Positions 1-14,074 of a stretch of 64,000 bases of DNA are shown here, piece after piece (position 1 is the stretch's first letter; the number at the start of each line of letters is the position of its first letter). The DNA is taken from the NCBI GenBank assembly GCA_951406725.2, contig OX597837.1, positions 16,430,001 to 16,494,000 of the forward strand, in the 5' to 3' direction. The DNA is from Octopus vulgaris (Eukaryota). A program made the translations under genes and the position numbers. A model generated the notes under the pieces. The model was not told the origin of the DNA. It made no database searches and saw only the letters and a list, made by a program, of their open reading frames with translations.

Positions 1-455
1 ACCAACTTGAACTTCTAACTTGCTGTCTCTGGGTGAGACTTGGAGTCAACCTGTACAAATACAAAGCAGAAGCCAAACATATACTAACCAGCAGAGATGC
101 TCGGCATTAAAATGACATAGGTTTTTATTGCTTTACTTGTTTCATTCACGTGACTGCAGCCATGCTGAAGCACTGCTGTTGGTCGAAGAAATCAACCACA
201 GGATTTATTCTTTGTAAGCCTAGTACTCATTCTGTCAGTGTCTTTTACCAAACCGCTAAGTTACGGGAATGTAAACACAACAACATCAGTTGTCAAGCAA
301 TGGTGGGGTACAAACACAAGACGCACACATACACATACACAAATATACACATATAGACGACAGCCTTCTTTCAATTTCCGAGTATGAAATCCACTCACAA
401 GGTTTTGGTTGGCCTGAGGCTATAATAAGCATATATATATATATATATATATATA

Positions 456-1292
456 GTAGCTGACATACCCGGTAATTCCTGGGAAAGCGGGCTCTTATCC
501 CTTGGTTCCGTTCTCATAATTGTTTCGTTAATCCAGTAACAACAATACAAAGTATATAGCCCTTAAAATGGTTTTTGTGTATTTATTGAGAACACCAAAC
601 TGTCTTACAAAGGATCTTGTTTTTAGGAATTCCCAGTAAGTTATGAATAGCCAAATTATGAAGTCAGTTATGTAAGAACATGAAATTAATTACCCTATAG
701 TAAGAATTCAAATAAAGTAGCCCTGAAAAGGGCTTTAATATGTTCCCAGAGTATATAGATTTTAGGAGGAACAACTAATAAGGTATGTATACTAAAATCA
801 TGAAACATTACGTAATAACAGGCTAATCGGATATGAGATAATAGCAATTCAAAGTAACTAACTGTGAAAAAAAGCTTTTGTACGTTCCCAGAGAATATTA
901 CCCTCAGTGGCGCTAGTGTTGGTATATACGCAAATAAGCCACTAACCAAATAAGTGGATCTATTGTTTAAGAGAATACTATTTACTTGTTTAAGTGTTAT
1001 ATTGGATAAATTGAGAAACTAACTAAAATGGTTCAAATACTAAGAAATAAGGATACTGAAAATGAATGGGTCATTTCCCTTGGAAGCTTATAAATCATTA
1101 CTCACGCCCAAATGTTATTCCTCCCGCCGTTTACCCGAACATTTTTTCGAAATCAATTTATACTTAAAACCTCCCCAGACACATAAGCAATGTGTGGGTG
1201 AAGTTTAAGAAAAATCGGTCGAGCTGTTTTGGCACAATACGAGGACATACAGATACACACACACAGACATCTTCAGTTTTAATATGTAAGAT
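456..1292. mobile_element. Non-autonomous Helitron/Helentron-like (DINE-1/Lep1-type) element
   Basis: Starts tagtagctgacatacccgg; ends aaatcggtcgagctgtttt...(CA)n...ttttaatatgtaagat, the typical terminal layout of such elements. Confidence 0.45.
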
Positions 1293-2667
1293 AACAATAA
1301 CAATAATAATAATAATCGTTTCAAATTTTGCCACAAGGGCTGCAATTTTGGGGGAGGGGATGAGTTGATTACACTGACCCTAGTGTTCAACTGGTACTTA
1401 TTTTATTGACCCCGAAAAGATGAAAGGCAAAGTTGATCTCGACAGAATTTGAACTCAGAACGTAGTAATGAGCGAAATGTCGCTAAGCGTTTTGCCCAGC
1501 TTGTCACTTTAATAATAATAATATGCATAAAGTACTGTCTGAGGTCCTAAGCGTGTGTCAAAAATCCTGATGTTGCTGATAGCCATCAAATCTGTAGCAA
1601 GCGCCTGAGGTTATTTAGTAGGTAAGCCTGCCTTCATAGCGGCATCAGGCTATGTGCATTTCTACAACCAACTTTCTGAGCTTCCATGTCGGTAGGAAAG
1701 AAAAATGAAAAGGAAGTGGATGGTCACCAACCTTAATGTCTTTTTCTCTCTTGGCAGTTGGGTGTATCAAAATCTCATCTCTGTAAATGAGTCTTTGGGG
1801 AAATCCTGAAAGAGTCTCTTTGATGCCATGAGGATGGAGTTAGGCCACATCACGTGTGAACCCCTTTTTCATTATTCTCTATGTGCAGTTTTACCAGTTT
1901 CAAGTCCTCAGAGACTTTAATCATATTGATAATTCTAAAACTCTGGGGGTTTTTTGTGTGTAACTGAAATATCTCAGAAATAGTATATTTTATCTAATTT
2001 TTTTTTTATATATATTTATTTTCATAGCTATCTTCGGAAGTGGAAACAAATTTTTGTGACAGTTGGATCGCTATTTAAGCAACTAATTACAATTTTTGTT
2101 ATTTCTTGATGAAAAAAAATACATGGCTTTCATGACGTCAACACACATCCGAGAATTCACACACACACACATAATGGGGTGTCGATCAACAGAAACACAC
2201 GTTCGCTGTCTGTTACACACACACACACACATTGTTTTTGTGCTCTCGAAGTAGAAAAAAAAACATTGATTTTTTGACCTACACAGTATTTTAATCATTT
2301 AGAAATAATTTTAACTGAATGTGATTTCATCATCCAGATTTTGTTAATTTCCGTAAAACTTTATCTTCACCTTAAGCGAAGTCATGTTTGTCTATGGACA
2401 AGATATCTCAAGAACCGTTGGATGGATTCGGATGAAACTTTCAGGGGTGTTTGACCTTGTGACTGGCACGAACTGATAAAATTTTGGGATCGCTCTGGTA
2501 CCGGACAAGGATTCTGGATTACTTTTTATATTTTCTTTACATGTATATGTAAAGTTCCACATGGTTCTCTTGTACATGGACAAACATACACACACACATA
2601 TACTCACACTTCAAGCGCCGTTTGTCGGCTTCTTCACTCCTTCCCTCATTATTCACCTGTCACCCCA

Positions 2668-2866
2668 GGGCGGCGAACTGGCAGAGTGGTTAGCGGTAAT
2701 TCGTCTGTCGTTACGTTCCAAGTTCAAATTCCGCCGAGGTCGAATTTGCCTTTCATCCTTTCGGGGTCGATAAATAAAATACCAGTTTCGCACTGGGGTC
2801 GATGTAATCGAATTAATCCCTTTGTCTGTCCTTGTTTTAGCCCCTTGTGGGCAGTAAAGAAATATA
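2668..2866 (+). mobile_element. SINE family B (ggcggcgaactggcaga...gttcaaattccgccgaggtcga...)
   Basis: A/B-box-like head; near-identical copy at 3351-3573 and many diverged copies (e.g. 1315-1505, 16630-18090, 31268-31465, 57826-58045, 59430-59985). Confidence 0.75.
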
Positions 2867-3298
2867 TTAATCGGCGATCACCCCTTCCTTTCTCATTCAT
2901 ATGACGCTCTCTTTGCCATTTATCTCCTCTACCTTCACCTCTCACTCTGGCTCTAGTGCATGTATGTATAATATATATATATATATAAATGGCGCTGCCC
3001 CAGCATGGCCACAGCTCGTGAGCTGAAACTAGATTTTTAAATATATATATATGCCTATATTTCGTTATACCTCGCAAAGATATCAACGAACTGCTCTCCG
3101 GATCAGCTGTTTTGCTCGTTAATTTCCATAAAAAATTCTTACTTATTTACTTTTGTTTTATAGTGAAAGATGTATGAAATGGACGGGTGTGGGAGAGAGT
3201 TAGGCATACACGAGATCACACACTTTCTCTCTCTCTCACACATGTACATACAAAAAAGATATAGGCATATGTACTGATGTATGTACGTATACATAACA

Positions 3299-3837
3299 GG
3301 TACTACTAGCGAACAGTGGTCCCGGTGCGCGCATCCGTACTAGCTAGTCGAGCTGGCAGAAACGTTAGCACGCCGGGCGAAATGCTTAGCGGTATTTCGT
3401 CTGCGTTACGTTGTGAGTTCAAATTCCGCCGTGGTCGACTTTGCCTTTCATCCTTTCGGGGTCGATAAATTAAGTACCAGTTACGCACTGAGGTCGATGT
3501 AATCGACTTAATACCTATGTCTGTCCTTGTTTATTCCCTCTGTGTTTAGCCCCTTGTGGGTAATAAAGAAATAGTAAGTAGTCGATCCTACAACGCCTTG
3601 CGCGTATGTTTGTATTTCACGGTTGAATACAAATCCAAGAAAATTAAATAATATTCTTCGAACAAAGTAAATAAAACGCAAAGTAACTAATTTTTTAAAC
3701 TAAGTAAATAAATTGTTTTTATAAACAAACTAGGGTTAGGTTTAGGGTTAAAAAGTCGTTGTAGGATCGACTACTTACGACTAGCTAGCGCGGATGCGCG
3801 AGTGCGCGCACCGGGACCACTGTTCGCTAGTAGTACC
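3299..3837. mobile_element. MITE with long TIRs (ggtactactagcgaacagtggtcccggtgcgcgca) and internal TTAGGG-like repeats; SINE nested in the left TIR
   Basis: Perfect ~35-bp terminal inverted repeat; the continuation taagtagtcgatcctacaacg is interrupted by the SINE at 3351-3573; aaca lies on both flanks. Confidence 0.8.
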
Positions 3838-4993
3838 AACACAATACACCTACACTCACTCTCCATTTCACGTACCTGTTCATACATCTTTCACTTTCAA
3901 ACAAAAAGTAAATAAATAAATAAAATTTACGGAAATTAACGAAGTCAATCGACAGTTCTGCAAGTCAAAATGAAAGAACACCCCGTGAAGGGTTGTGTTA
4001 TGTATACATACATCAATATATGTTTACATCTTTTTTGTATGTACGTATTCATGTGTGTGAGTGAGTGAACGTGTATCCTCATGTATGTGTAAGAGGCACA
4101 CACACACTCTCTCTCACACACTTTAAAACAAAAGTGACGTGATTTTCAAGATAAAAATTGCTTAAAAAAAGGCTTCTCCTCATCTAAATTGTTTGGATAA
4201 TTCCAATTAAATAAGTCCAGAAGTTAGGTTAAATATATACACATGCAGAAGTACCATGAATTCCCACCGTTCCACAAACTGGCAAACAATTCCAGGAATA
4301 CTTTACCTGGCAATGCTGGATAGTAAGTCTAAAGGCCTTCCCCTCAATGTCCCCACTTTGTGCTAAGTTCTTTATTTTTCTTCTCACTGGAACAAATTTA
4401 AGGGTTCATAAGATTTGCTGTTGTTGGAGTTGAGTATTTCAGGAAGTTTTATGGATATTGTTGTTCTAGTTGTTATCGGGTTTGTTGTTGTTGTGGACAT
4501 TGCAGTATTTGGTGGTGTTGTGTAGAGGAGGAGTATAAAAGACGATGAGAAGCCACAGAAATATATGTTCAAGAGGACATGCTCACGGAAGAGCAGGTAA
4601 AAGAGACAAAACTAAAGGGACCTCTTGACCCTACACTTACCCCTTTCATTTACCAACCACTTTACAGGGAGTGCATTTTACCATGACATCAGCACAAGAA
4701 AGATTTGTGGGATTTATCTCAATAAATTATAGAAGGGTTTGCTTTCACAGCTAATATAAAAAATATCTATCAGAGATAACCTTTCAAAATCACATGAGTG
4801 TCTTTATCTTTTACTGGTTTCAGTCTCTGGACTGTGGCCATGCTAAGGCATTTTCTTGAATGGTTTAGTCAAATAAATCAACCCCAGGACTTATTCTATT
4901 GTTTCCGCTTCGCTGAATCACTCAGTCGTGGAGATATCAACAAACCAACACCAGTTGTCATGTGGGGACAAACACAAATACACACACATATAT

Positions 4994-5793
4994 ATGAGCT
5001 GGTATCAAAAAGTTGCTGGACTAGTGCCAACAGGTGGCAGCACATGGTTATGTGTGTGATGAGAACTAGCAGTGACTTTCACGAGGCAATGTGCTGAGCA
5101 ACAAAGCTGGGTTTACTTTGCAAGTTGTGTTTTTGTGATCACGAGTGTCTGCTGTAGTCCGCGATTTTTGTCATGGGCAGGAACAAAAAGAGCCAACATG
5201 AAAATTTGCATTTAATTTGGGAAGTCTGCTACAGAGACATAGAGCATGCTTCGGCAAGCTTATGGTGGCTAGGCAATGGGTGCTTCAAAAGTGGAAGAAT
5301 GTCTCTGAAAGACCTGTCAAGAGCATCACCTCTGGAAATATGGTATTGTGCATTGAGAATTTATCCCCCAGGGCCGGACCATCGAGAGTTCAACTGCATT
5401 TGAGGAAGGACATTCGGTGAAAGCAACCATATTTGTGGAACATGAAAAACTGGATTCCTCACTCATGAGTTTCTCACCAAAAGCAACATGGCATCATTTC
5501 TGTACCTGCTCTGTTCACCAGATTTAGCACCTGTGAACTTCCATCCCTTCCCCAAGATGAAAATGCAGCTCAAAGGTTGCTATTTTAACACCGTTGTTGA
5601 GATCAAAAGCAAATTGCAGAAGGTCCTCAACTCCCTTACAGAAAATTACTTCCAGGCTGGATTCCAAATGTGGCAGGGATGCTGGGATTGGTGCACAAGG
5701 TGGATTATTTCAAAGGAGATGTTAAAACTCAGGTAAAAAAGTTATTTTTTATTAAACATAACTCGTCCAGAAACCTTTTGATACCACCTCCTA
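4994..5793 (+). mobile_element. Degenerate Tc1/mariner element
   Basis: Imperfect TIRs (gagctggtatcaaaaag / cttttgataccacctc); transposase remnant CSPDLAPVNFHPFPKMKMQLKG (YSPDLAP motif). Confidence 0.85.
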
Positions 5794-6689
5794 TGACAGG
5801 CTTCTTTCAGTTTCTGTCTACCTAATTCTCTCACAAGGCTTTGGTTGACCCAGGTCTATAGTAGAAAACACCTAATGTGCAAGCAGTGGGATTGAACCCA
5901 GAACCATGTGATTGAGAAGCAAACTTCTTACCACAAAGCCATGTCTACACCTAAAATTATTTTAATTTAGTTCCAATAATTCAAAATTTATGAAAAAAAA
6001 AAAAAATCAACCCAGGACCCTTCATTAGTCCTCCAGTGGTGTGGAGGGGTCCCTCCCCCACCCCAGGGAATGTTTGTTTATGTGTATCTCAGAGATAGTG
6101 CTTTCCATCCATGTGATTTCTAAACACACACTATTATTACTTGCTGAATGATGACAAGTGTCCACACTTGTTATTTGTGTCTGGGGTTGTTATACCCCAC
6201 CATAACCATTCACTCTACTATTTATTGACAGGGACATTTTTGTTTCATTTTCTTTATTATTGTTTATTTTACTTATTTTTATGTCTGAAAGGCTGATTAT
6301 TTCTCACATAATATTTATATTATTGTCAACTGACCGACATCTTTTTCCTTTTTTGTTATTAGATGTTCTGAATGTCATAAAAGTGAAAATAACTCCTGAG
6401 ATCAATTTGTTCAACTAATCCCTTTTAAGGTTGTGGCCCAGCATGGTCACACTCCAATGACTGGAAGAAATAAAAGATAAAAAGTCTAAAACCCAGTCTT
6501 TCCTGTAAGGTGTACAGTGTCTAGAAAACATTGGTGGGATTTTAGGTAAATTTGGCTGCAATTTCTAGCACCTAAATGACTATATTAGGCTTCCTCAACT
6601 CATTAGTATTAGAAATATTCTGAAAAGTGTAAGTAAAATAATAGAATCCAAGAAAACTAGTGAAGGTTTGTATTAAAAATAACGAGCAT

Positions 6690-7190
6690 CATTTGCAAAG
6701 TTCACAGACTGACTGAGATACTCTCATGGAATGCAACCAAATGAGGTTTATTTTTCAACATAATGACCCCTTGTGGTCCACATATTCCTTCCATCAGTGC
6801 TTAAGTACTTGGCTCCCATTGGTGAAGAAGCTTTCATCCTGTTGGTCAAAAAATGTCAACAACAGCAGATATGATGTCATTATCACTGTGATGCTGGTTC
6901 TTAGTCAAGTATTTCCCCATGTTAGGAAGCAGATGATAGCTAGATGGGGCCAAATTAGGGAAATAAGGATTGATAATCAACCACTTGAAAGCCATTCAAA
7001 CCAAATACTTTATCCTGATAAAGCAAGACCCCTTTAGTTAGTTTTTCTAGGCATTTAGTGATGATAGCCTTTCATAACTGCCACAACAAGTTGGCTTACA
7101 AGTTACTCTCCATTGATGGTGTGGCCCTTTTGAAGATAGTCAACACAATGCCTTTTGTATCCCAAAATCAGAGGCCATCATCTTCCTGGC
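6690..7190 (-). mobile_element. Mariner transposase fragment
   Basis: Reverse strand gives a degenerate SPDLAPSSY.LFP motif and a RWKECVD..GSYVEK-like C-terminus. Confidence 0.6.
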
Positions 7191-7859
7191 TTTTGTAGAT
7201 AAGTAACTGTTAATTAATCATAGAAACATATTAATTTTGAACAGGTGTTCCCTGAAAATTAGCAAATATTATGGTCATAACATGAGGGTACACATCATAA
7301 GCCTGGGTTACTTATTCAGAAATTTGTCCCTTAGACCAAGTATGCAATATAAAATAAAAGCTGTATGAAGCTGAAACTGCCTCAGCAGCTCTTCCAAATC
7401 AATTTAAAAGAAACATTAAAAGAAACAGGTAGACTGAAGAGAAATTGAAGAGATTTTATAACGTTGGTGTGGCTGTGTGGTGAAGAGGTTTGCTTCTCAA
7501 GGTTCAGTTCCACTGTATGGTACCTTTGGCAAGTGTCTTCTACTATAACCTCAGGCTGACCAAAGCCTTGTGAGTGGATTTGGCAGATGGAAACTAAAAG
7601 AAGCCTGTCGTGTATGTGTCTCTTTGCCTTGATACTGTGTAATAATTGTAGACAAGAGTCGTGTCACGAAAGCAATGTCCTTCCTGCAGTCGTGTGGTCA
7701 TGGGGAGATATTTTGTCCATTGGAAACAGCTGAAGGTTGGTAACAGGGAGAGCATCCAGTCAAAGAAAATCTGCTTTAACAAATTCCATCCAACCCATGC
7801 AAGCATAGAAAAGTAGATTTAAAATGATGACATTCACAATGAACGGCTCACTCTTCAAT

Positions 7860-8060
7860 TTGACACAAGGAATTCTACAACACATTTCAACTATGTCTGG
7901 AAACTAAGAGACCAGAACATTGGCAACAACATCAAATCAAGAGTCCTTGCACATTAAAAGAACACATCTTACTCTAATTGAAGAATACAACAACCATCGA
8001 AATAATGAAAACAAGATCTTCAGCAAGTTTACTCAATACCTTTAGGAAATTCCACCATTA
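7860..8060 (+). mobile_element. Penelope-like GIY-YIG C-terminal fragment
   Basis: Reads NSTTHFNYVWKLRDQNIGNNIKSRVL, resembling the PLE C-terminus and the element at 55.9-57.0 kb. Confidence 0.4.
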
Positions 8061-8924
8061 TTGAACTATCAAAATTACTCTGCTTTCACCCGATGTTTTT
8101 ACTGCCTTCACTAACTTTTTATTTCCTTTCTCACACCCACAATAATATTGCCTCATGCCAGAGGTCATGTAGGGTTATATACTTCATAGAGCCCTTCATA
8201 AGTGGTTGGGTGTATAAATGTATGGGGTTAGTGGTTAGGGGATTTGGCACATGATTGTAAGGTTGCAAATTTGATACCCAGTACCCTGTTGTATCCTTGA
8301 ACAAAGCATTTCATTTCATGTTGCTCCAAAAAATGAGTAGTGCTTGTATTTTAGGGTCCAGCCTTGTCACATCCTGTGTCATGCTGGATCTCACTCAGAA
8401 CTATATTAAGGGTACATCTGTCTGTACAGTGTTCAGCCACTGACCGACATTAATTTTGCAAGCAGGCTGTTCTATTGATCAGATCAACTGGAACTCTCAG
8501 GATTGTAACTGATGGCAGTGCTAGTTAGAAATGCACAAGTTATCAGTACATGTCTATGTGTGTGTGTGCATGCTCCCACTTCACACGATTCATGGTACTG
8601 TCTTTGCAAGTGACATAACTGAGGCTTCTAAACACTAAACATCATCACTTTCACATCTCTTCTTTCCTCATATTACATACAGGTTTCTTTGTTTCATCTC
8701 AGACATTATGAGGTGGCCACCTTGGATGTACAACCTGATGAATGCAGCAACTGCAATAACAATTACATTTACATAAAGCACAACCAACACTGTCCTGCAT
8801 GAAACTTGAGTTGTTGTATTCTGTCCCTTAATAACTGTAAAAAGGACCACTTCAAATAGTAAACTCTTTTCTAAATTAAGTACTTTTACTTAAATTTCAT
8901 TCATATAATAATAGTGAAAGCATA

Positions 8925-9094
8925 GACGCAGGAGTGGCTGTGTGGTAAGTAGCTTGCTAACCAACCACATGGTTCTGGGTTCAGTCCCACTGTGTGGAAT
9001 CTTGGGAAGGTGTCTTCTGCTATAGCCCCGGGCTGACCAATGCCTTGTGAGTGGATTTGGTAGATGGAAACTGAAAGAAGCCTGTCGTATATAT

Positions 9095-9126
<32 letters not shown>

Positions 9127-9346
9127 TTGTGTGTCTGTGTTTGTCTTCCTAGCATTGCTTGACAACCGATGCTGGTGTGTTTACGTCCCCGTCACTTAGC
9201 GGTTCGGCAAAAGAGACCGATAGAATAAGTACTGGGCTTACAAAGAATAAGTCCCGGGTTCGATTTGCTCGACTAAAGGCGGTGCTCCAGCATGGCCGCA
9301 GTCAAATGACTGAAACAAGTAAAAGAGTAAAAGAGAGAGTAAAGAG
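8925..9346 (+). mobile_element. tRNA-derived SINE family A, well-preserved copy
   Basis: A box tggctgtgtggt, B box ggttcagtccc, internal (TA)n and a (taaaagag)n tail; many other copies (e.g. 150-430, 5795-5945, 7465-7830, 10990-11370, 35140-35500, 58420-58810, 60020-60150). Confidence 0.85.
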
Positions 9347-9363
9347 CATGTGTGTGTGTGTAC

Positions 9364-9522
9364 CTTTATTAAAGCTGTAAAAATCTTCACAAAACTTTTA
9401 CTCAGGGTTTCATGTTCCCATTTGTTGGACAGTTGTGTGAGTATTCATCACAACTGTCCGATGAATGGTAACGTGAAATTCTGAGTATCAGTTTTGTGAA
9501 GATTTTGCAGATTTAATAAAAG
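9364..9522. repeat. Head-to-head inverted pLTR-like remnants containing hammerhead-like motifs
   Basis: ~75-bp imperfect arms around 9438-9448. The right arm reads aactgt CCGATGA atg-gtaa-cgt GAAA ttc-t-gag TA tcagtt. Confidence 0.6.
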
Positions 9523-12002
9523 CATATTACTTGACCTTAGGTATTTGAGTACTATTTTTTACCATCTAGTTTTGCATTTATGTGCTTACGCATGTGTGTG
9601 TGTGTGTGTGTGTACACACACACACATATAGATATATATAGGGAGAGTTTACAAAAAAAAAACAAAAGACGAAGACAGGTGGTGTACAAAACAAACAAAT
9701 GTATTAGTATAATGTTCAGGAATAGAAAAAGTCTTTTACATTTCAAGCCTACGCTCTTCTACAGAAAGGGACACAGAAAAAAACAAGGAGAGAAAAAAAA
9801 TGTGTGTAGTGCTAACAATCTATCATGGTGTATATATATACACAAACTTAGATCTAGGTAGATGGTCCAGTGGTTTGGGTGTTGCATTCGTAATCGTACA
9901 GCTGTGGTTTCAGTTCTTAGACTGGCAGCTGAAAGCTACAATATGAGCAAGCATATCATGACCAGTGGTGCATAACAACATCAGAGCCTGGTTAATAGTC
10001 ATGCGTGTATGTAAAAATATATACACACACAAGCATATATACTCATACATTATCAGAGGTAATTGGCGAAGTGATTTTAGAGAGAATGAATTCATCCGAC
10101 ATGTCTAGATATGTTGTTGTTATATTTGTTCATGCATATATATATATATATACACATTAGATAGTAGCATGTGCCTTGAGCTGCTATTTCTACCAATTTG
10201 GAATACCTTGTGAGGGATCCCCCCTCATTGGCTATGGCAGTGGAGTTGTGTAGTGATATGTGGGTGCTATTCATGTCAAATGTAAAGATCTCCCTTGGTG
10301 GCTCATGCAGATATACATTAACCAAGCAGGTGAGTGAAAATTTGACTATTGTGTCTAATAGGTCAAGATATCATCAAGGAACAGTTGTGGGCAAACCGTG
10401 GGCTGTGGGAAACAAAATTACCTTGATTCTATTACGAGTGAGGCCCACTTGATGATGAGCCATGTCTCATGCAGCCAGCTTCTTGAAAAAGGCTCACATC
10501 ACATCATCAAGATCTCAAAGCTACGAGACAAGACATGATTCATTCAAAACAATGGGAATAAACAAGTGTTTGAGTAATTCAAATGCCAAAGGGACAAGGG
10601 AAATTTGCTTACTATTACTAGCACGACTAGCTAGTAATAGTAACCATGCCTGATGTAGAGGATCCATCTCTGGTTCATACAAACATATATAAATTTTTAA
10701 CATAATAAGCTATAATCTGGTTACTGTTTCCAACAAGTCAGTCTAATACAGAAGTTTTCTTTGTTATACATACATTACAATAAGTATCATTTACAGATTT
10801 GACTGTTATTTTTAGCACATTATTCTAATATAGAGATCTCCAATGTTGGCTCATATATACTTGACAGTAGCCATCATTTAAGGGAGATTTGGTTGCTATT
10901 TCTAGTATTTCTGGTTATAATGCTGAGGACTAACTTATTGGCAGTTGTCAACATTATAGTTTTTGTTGGTCACGCTTAGACTTATTTTGTACTTTTCATC
11001 TTTTATTCGTTTGGGTCATTGGACTATGGCCATGATGGGGCACTGCCTTGGAGGGTTTAGTTAAACAAATCAATGCCAAAATCTGGCACTTATTCTATGA
11101 GTCTCTTTTGCTGACCTACTAAGTTATGGGGATGTAAACAAGCCAACACTGGCTATCAAGCAGTTGTTGGGGTACAAATACAAACACACACATGGATAAA
11201 TATATATATATGACAGGCTTCTTTCAGTTTCCATTAACCAAATCCCTTCACAAGGCTTTGGCCAGCCAGGGCCCATAGCAGAAGACACCTGCCAAAAGTG
11301 CCCTACAGTGGGACTGAATCTGGAACCATGTGGTTGGGAAGCAAGCTTTTCAACCACACAGCCATGCCCCAGGGATTAGGGATTAGGGTATTGAGCAATC
11401 ATAAAACTGTTGTTTCAATTCCTGGGACCTGGTAGTGTGTTGCTGCCTTGAGCAAGGCACTTCACTTCAGATTGCTTCAGTTTACTCAGGTAAAAAAAAA
11501 AATAAAAGGACCAGCCTATTGCTGGAGCAGTCCTTTTCCCCTGTTATAATCCTAATGTTAGGATGTGACCCTTAGGTTAAGAGGTGGGAGGGCCAATAAA
11601 GTATCTATGTCTACTCACAACTATACAGATACCTAAAACAAAAAGTGAAACGAAAGTATGGTACATGTTTGCAGATAATAGTCATTAGCAAATGGTGGTC
11701 ATGGTATGGATTTGTTGATGATGATAAAGTTGTTTAGCCCCCAAGTAAATCCTAATACAGCAAACTTGGCCTTCCAGTTGCAATCACATTATCTTCTCTT
11801 ATCTCAGAGATTACTAAAAGAATTATTGAGTGTATGGTTCATGATATCAAGTCATACTTGATTATGAGTATTCACTGATTCTAAGAATATTCTAAGCTTG
11901 TCCTGAAATAATGCATAAAAAGATAAAACTTTTTTTATTTTAAATTAGCTGACACGGATCATTCAAATGGCAGATGTTTGCAGAGTAATTCTTCCTCTAT
12001 AG

Positions 12003-12270
12003 CAGTGTTTCTCAACAAATTTTTATCTATGGACCCTGTTGATTCTTAATTTACTGACATAGATCCTAAATACCATTCGATGTTTAAAAAGTCCTATTAT
12101 ATATTTATGATTAAATATTATGAGGAATTGTATAAAAAAATTGTTAAAATATTGTATATTGTAGAGGTAAAACCAATTTAATGTAGATGAATTTTAACAA
12201 AATCTTACCTTGATCATCAAGGGTAATGTGGACCCCTAAGGATTAGATGGACTTCAGTTGAGAACCAATG
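12003..12270. mobile_element. hAT (Charlie-like) MITE
   Basis: TIR cagtgtttctcaac / gttgagaaccaatg with a perfect 8-bp TSD ctctatag (11995-12002 and 12271-12278). Confidence 0.85.
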
Positions 12271-12289
12271 CTCTATAGTATCACTTCTT

Positions 12290-13300
12290 TGTTTTCTTCT
12301 TGAATGCTGGTAAATAATGGATTCCAAGCAGAACCACTGAGTTCTTAATGAAGGAAGGAATGCAGGCTGTTGACACTGACAGAAAGATGAAGTTTAAGGA
12401 AGCAAGAAGCTGGCATTGAAGACAAAACATGTAGCAGGAGGCCACCAACTGCAACCAGACATGAATCACCGGCAAATTAATGAACTGATTCATATGAACA
12501 GATGAGGCATCAACTGTGAACTTGCTGCACAACTGTGGTTCCAGTATAGGAACAGAAGAAAGTGGAAGACTTTAGGTATGAGAATGTGTGGGTATCTTGA
12601 GAGTCGACACTTAATTTGAAGAAGGGAAGAGTGGAAGTTGACTCTGATCTGCTCAAAGCATTTGAAACCAATGAACAGGCTTTTTCAAACCTGTTGACAA
12701 GGAATGAAACACAGGTTTATATTTATGATCCAGAAATAAAGGCTCAATCAATGGAAGCGTCATACTTCTTCCTTGAGAGTTAAGAATTTCAAGAGTCAGC
12801 AATTTGCAGAGAAAGTCATAGAAATTGGGAATGGCAAAGGCATCTTTCTCCTTGACATTCAGGAACATGGCTCTACCTGGAACAGCAAGCAGTACACTGA
12901 GATATTCAGAGCTTAGAGAAACTATGAGGAGGAAGTGACCAACCACGGATCTGAAAATGATCTGCATTCACCATGATATGTGATCACACGAATCAGCTAA
13001 TAGGTAAATTACACTTGAAAGTGGTTCCTCAGTTCATCCTGGATCTGGAACACTAAAAATTCTACCTGTTCTGTCCAAGGAAGGACAGCTTTCAGGAACA
13101 ACAGTTTTATAAAACAAATGAGGTGAAAGTAGCCATGAGTGTATACTTTAAGTTTTTCAGAAAGGATTTAAGAGTTGGTTTCAATGATGGTGAAAAAACA
13201 TTGCTTAGACAAAGGCTATGTTGAATAGTAACCTTTGCGTAGAGGAAAACGTACTTGAGCCACATGCACAATTTGAACGACCGATGTCAGTTGATAGAAA
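12290..13300 (+). mobile_element. Highly decayed mariner-like transposase
   Basis: Fragmentary motifs (CA.WV, YDPE.K.QSME, PDL...FYLF) broken by many frameshifts. Confidence 0.55.
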
Positions 13301-14074
13301 AAGTTATGCGCACTTTTGCATTACCTCCAGAATAACCCTCACGTGAATAATGACAAAAAGAAAACTTAGAGGTAATAAAGGTATTGTGGAGGCACATGGC
13401 TTAGTGGTTAGGGTGTTAGACTCACTATTGTAAGATTGTGGTTTTGATTCCTGGACTGTGAAATATGTTGTATTCCTCAAGCAAACCACTCCATTTCATG
13501 TTGTTCCAGTCCATTCAGCCGGCAAAAATTAGTAATCCTGCAACTGACCGGCATCCTGTGCAGAGTAGGGCATATATATACCAGAGAATCCGGGGAAACT
13601 GGCCCTATGAGTCTATATGACCCAGGAAGGGGCTAATGGAGGTATTGTGTTTTTATATCTATTGAAAATAAAGAAATGATATCTGCATTCCTCCTGATTA
13701 ATCGTTTCCTTTTATCATCAAGATATTACTTTGCGCCTTCACTGGTTAAGGCATTTGGCCTGCAACTGTAAGGTTATGAATTCTGAGCAACGCATTGTGT
13801 TCTTGAGCAAGACATTTTATTTCAAGTTGCTCCAGTCCACTCACTGGCAAAAATGAGTTGTGCCTATATTTCAAAGGACCGGCCTTGTCACACTGAATCT
13901 CCCTTTATTAACTATGTTAATGGTGCATGTATTTGTGGGATTTTCAGCCACTTGCACATTAAACTCATGAGCAGGCTGTTCAGTTGATTGGATCAACTGG
14001 AACCCTCATTGTTGTAATTGATAGAATGCCAGTGTATTACTCTGTACACTACTCACACACAAACACGCATATAT

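Noticed and set aside
3730-3750. Telomeric TTAGGG-like repeats
   Set aside because: Only ~3 imperfect units internal to a MITE; not a telomere or interstitial array.
8543-8648. Possible C/D snoRNA on the minus strand (GTGATGA...CTGA)
   Set aside because: The interval includes a (CA)n tract, with no terminal stem or recognisable rRNA guide.
8925-9000. tRNA-like A/B boxes
   Set aside because: SINE head; it continues into a repeat body found many times in the window, and no cloverleaf was evident.
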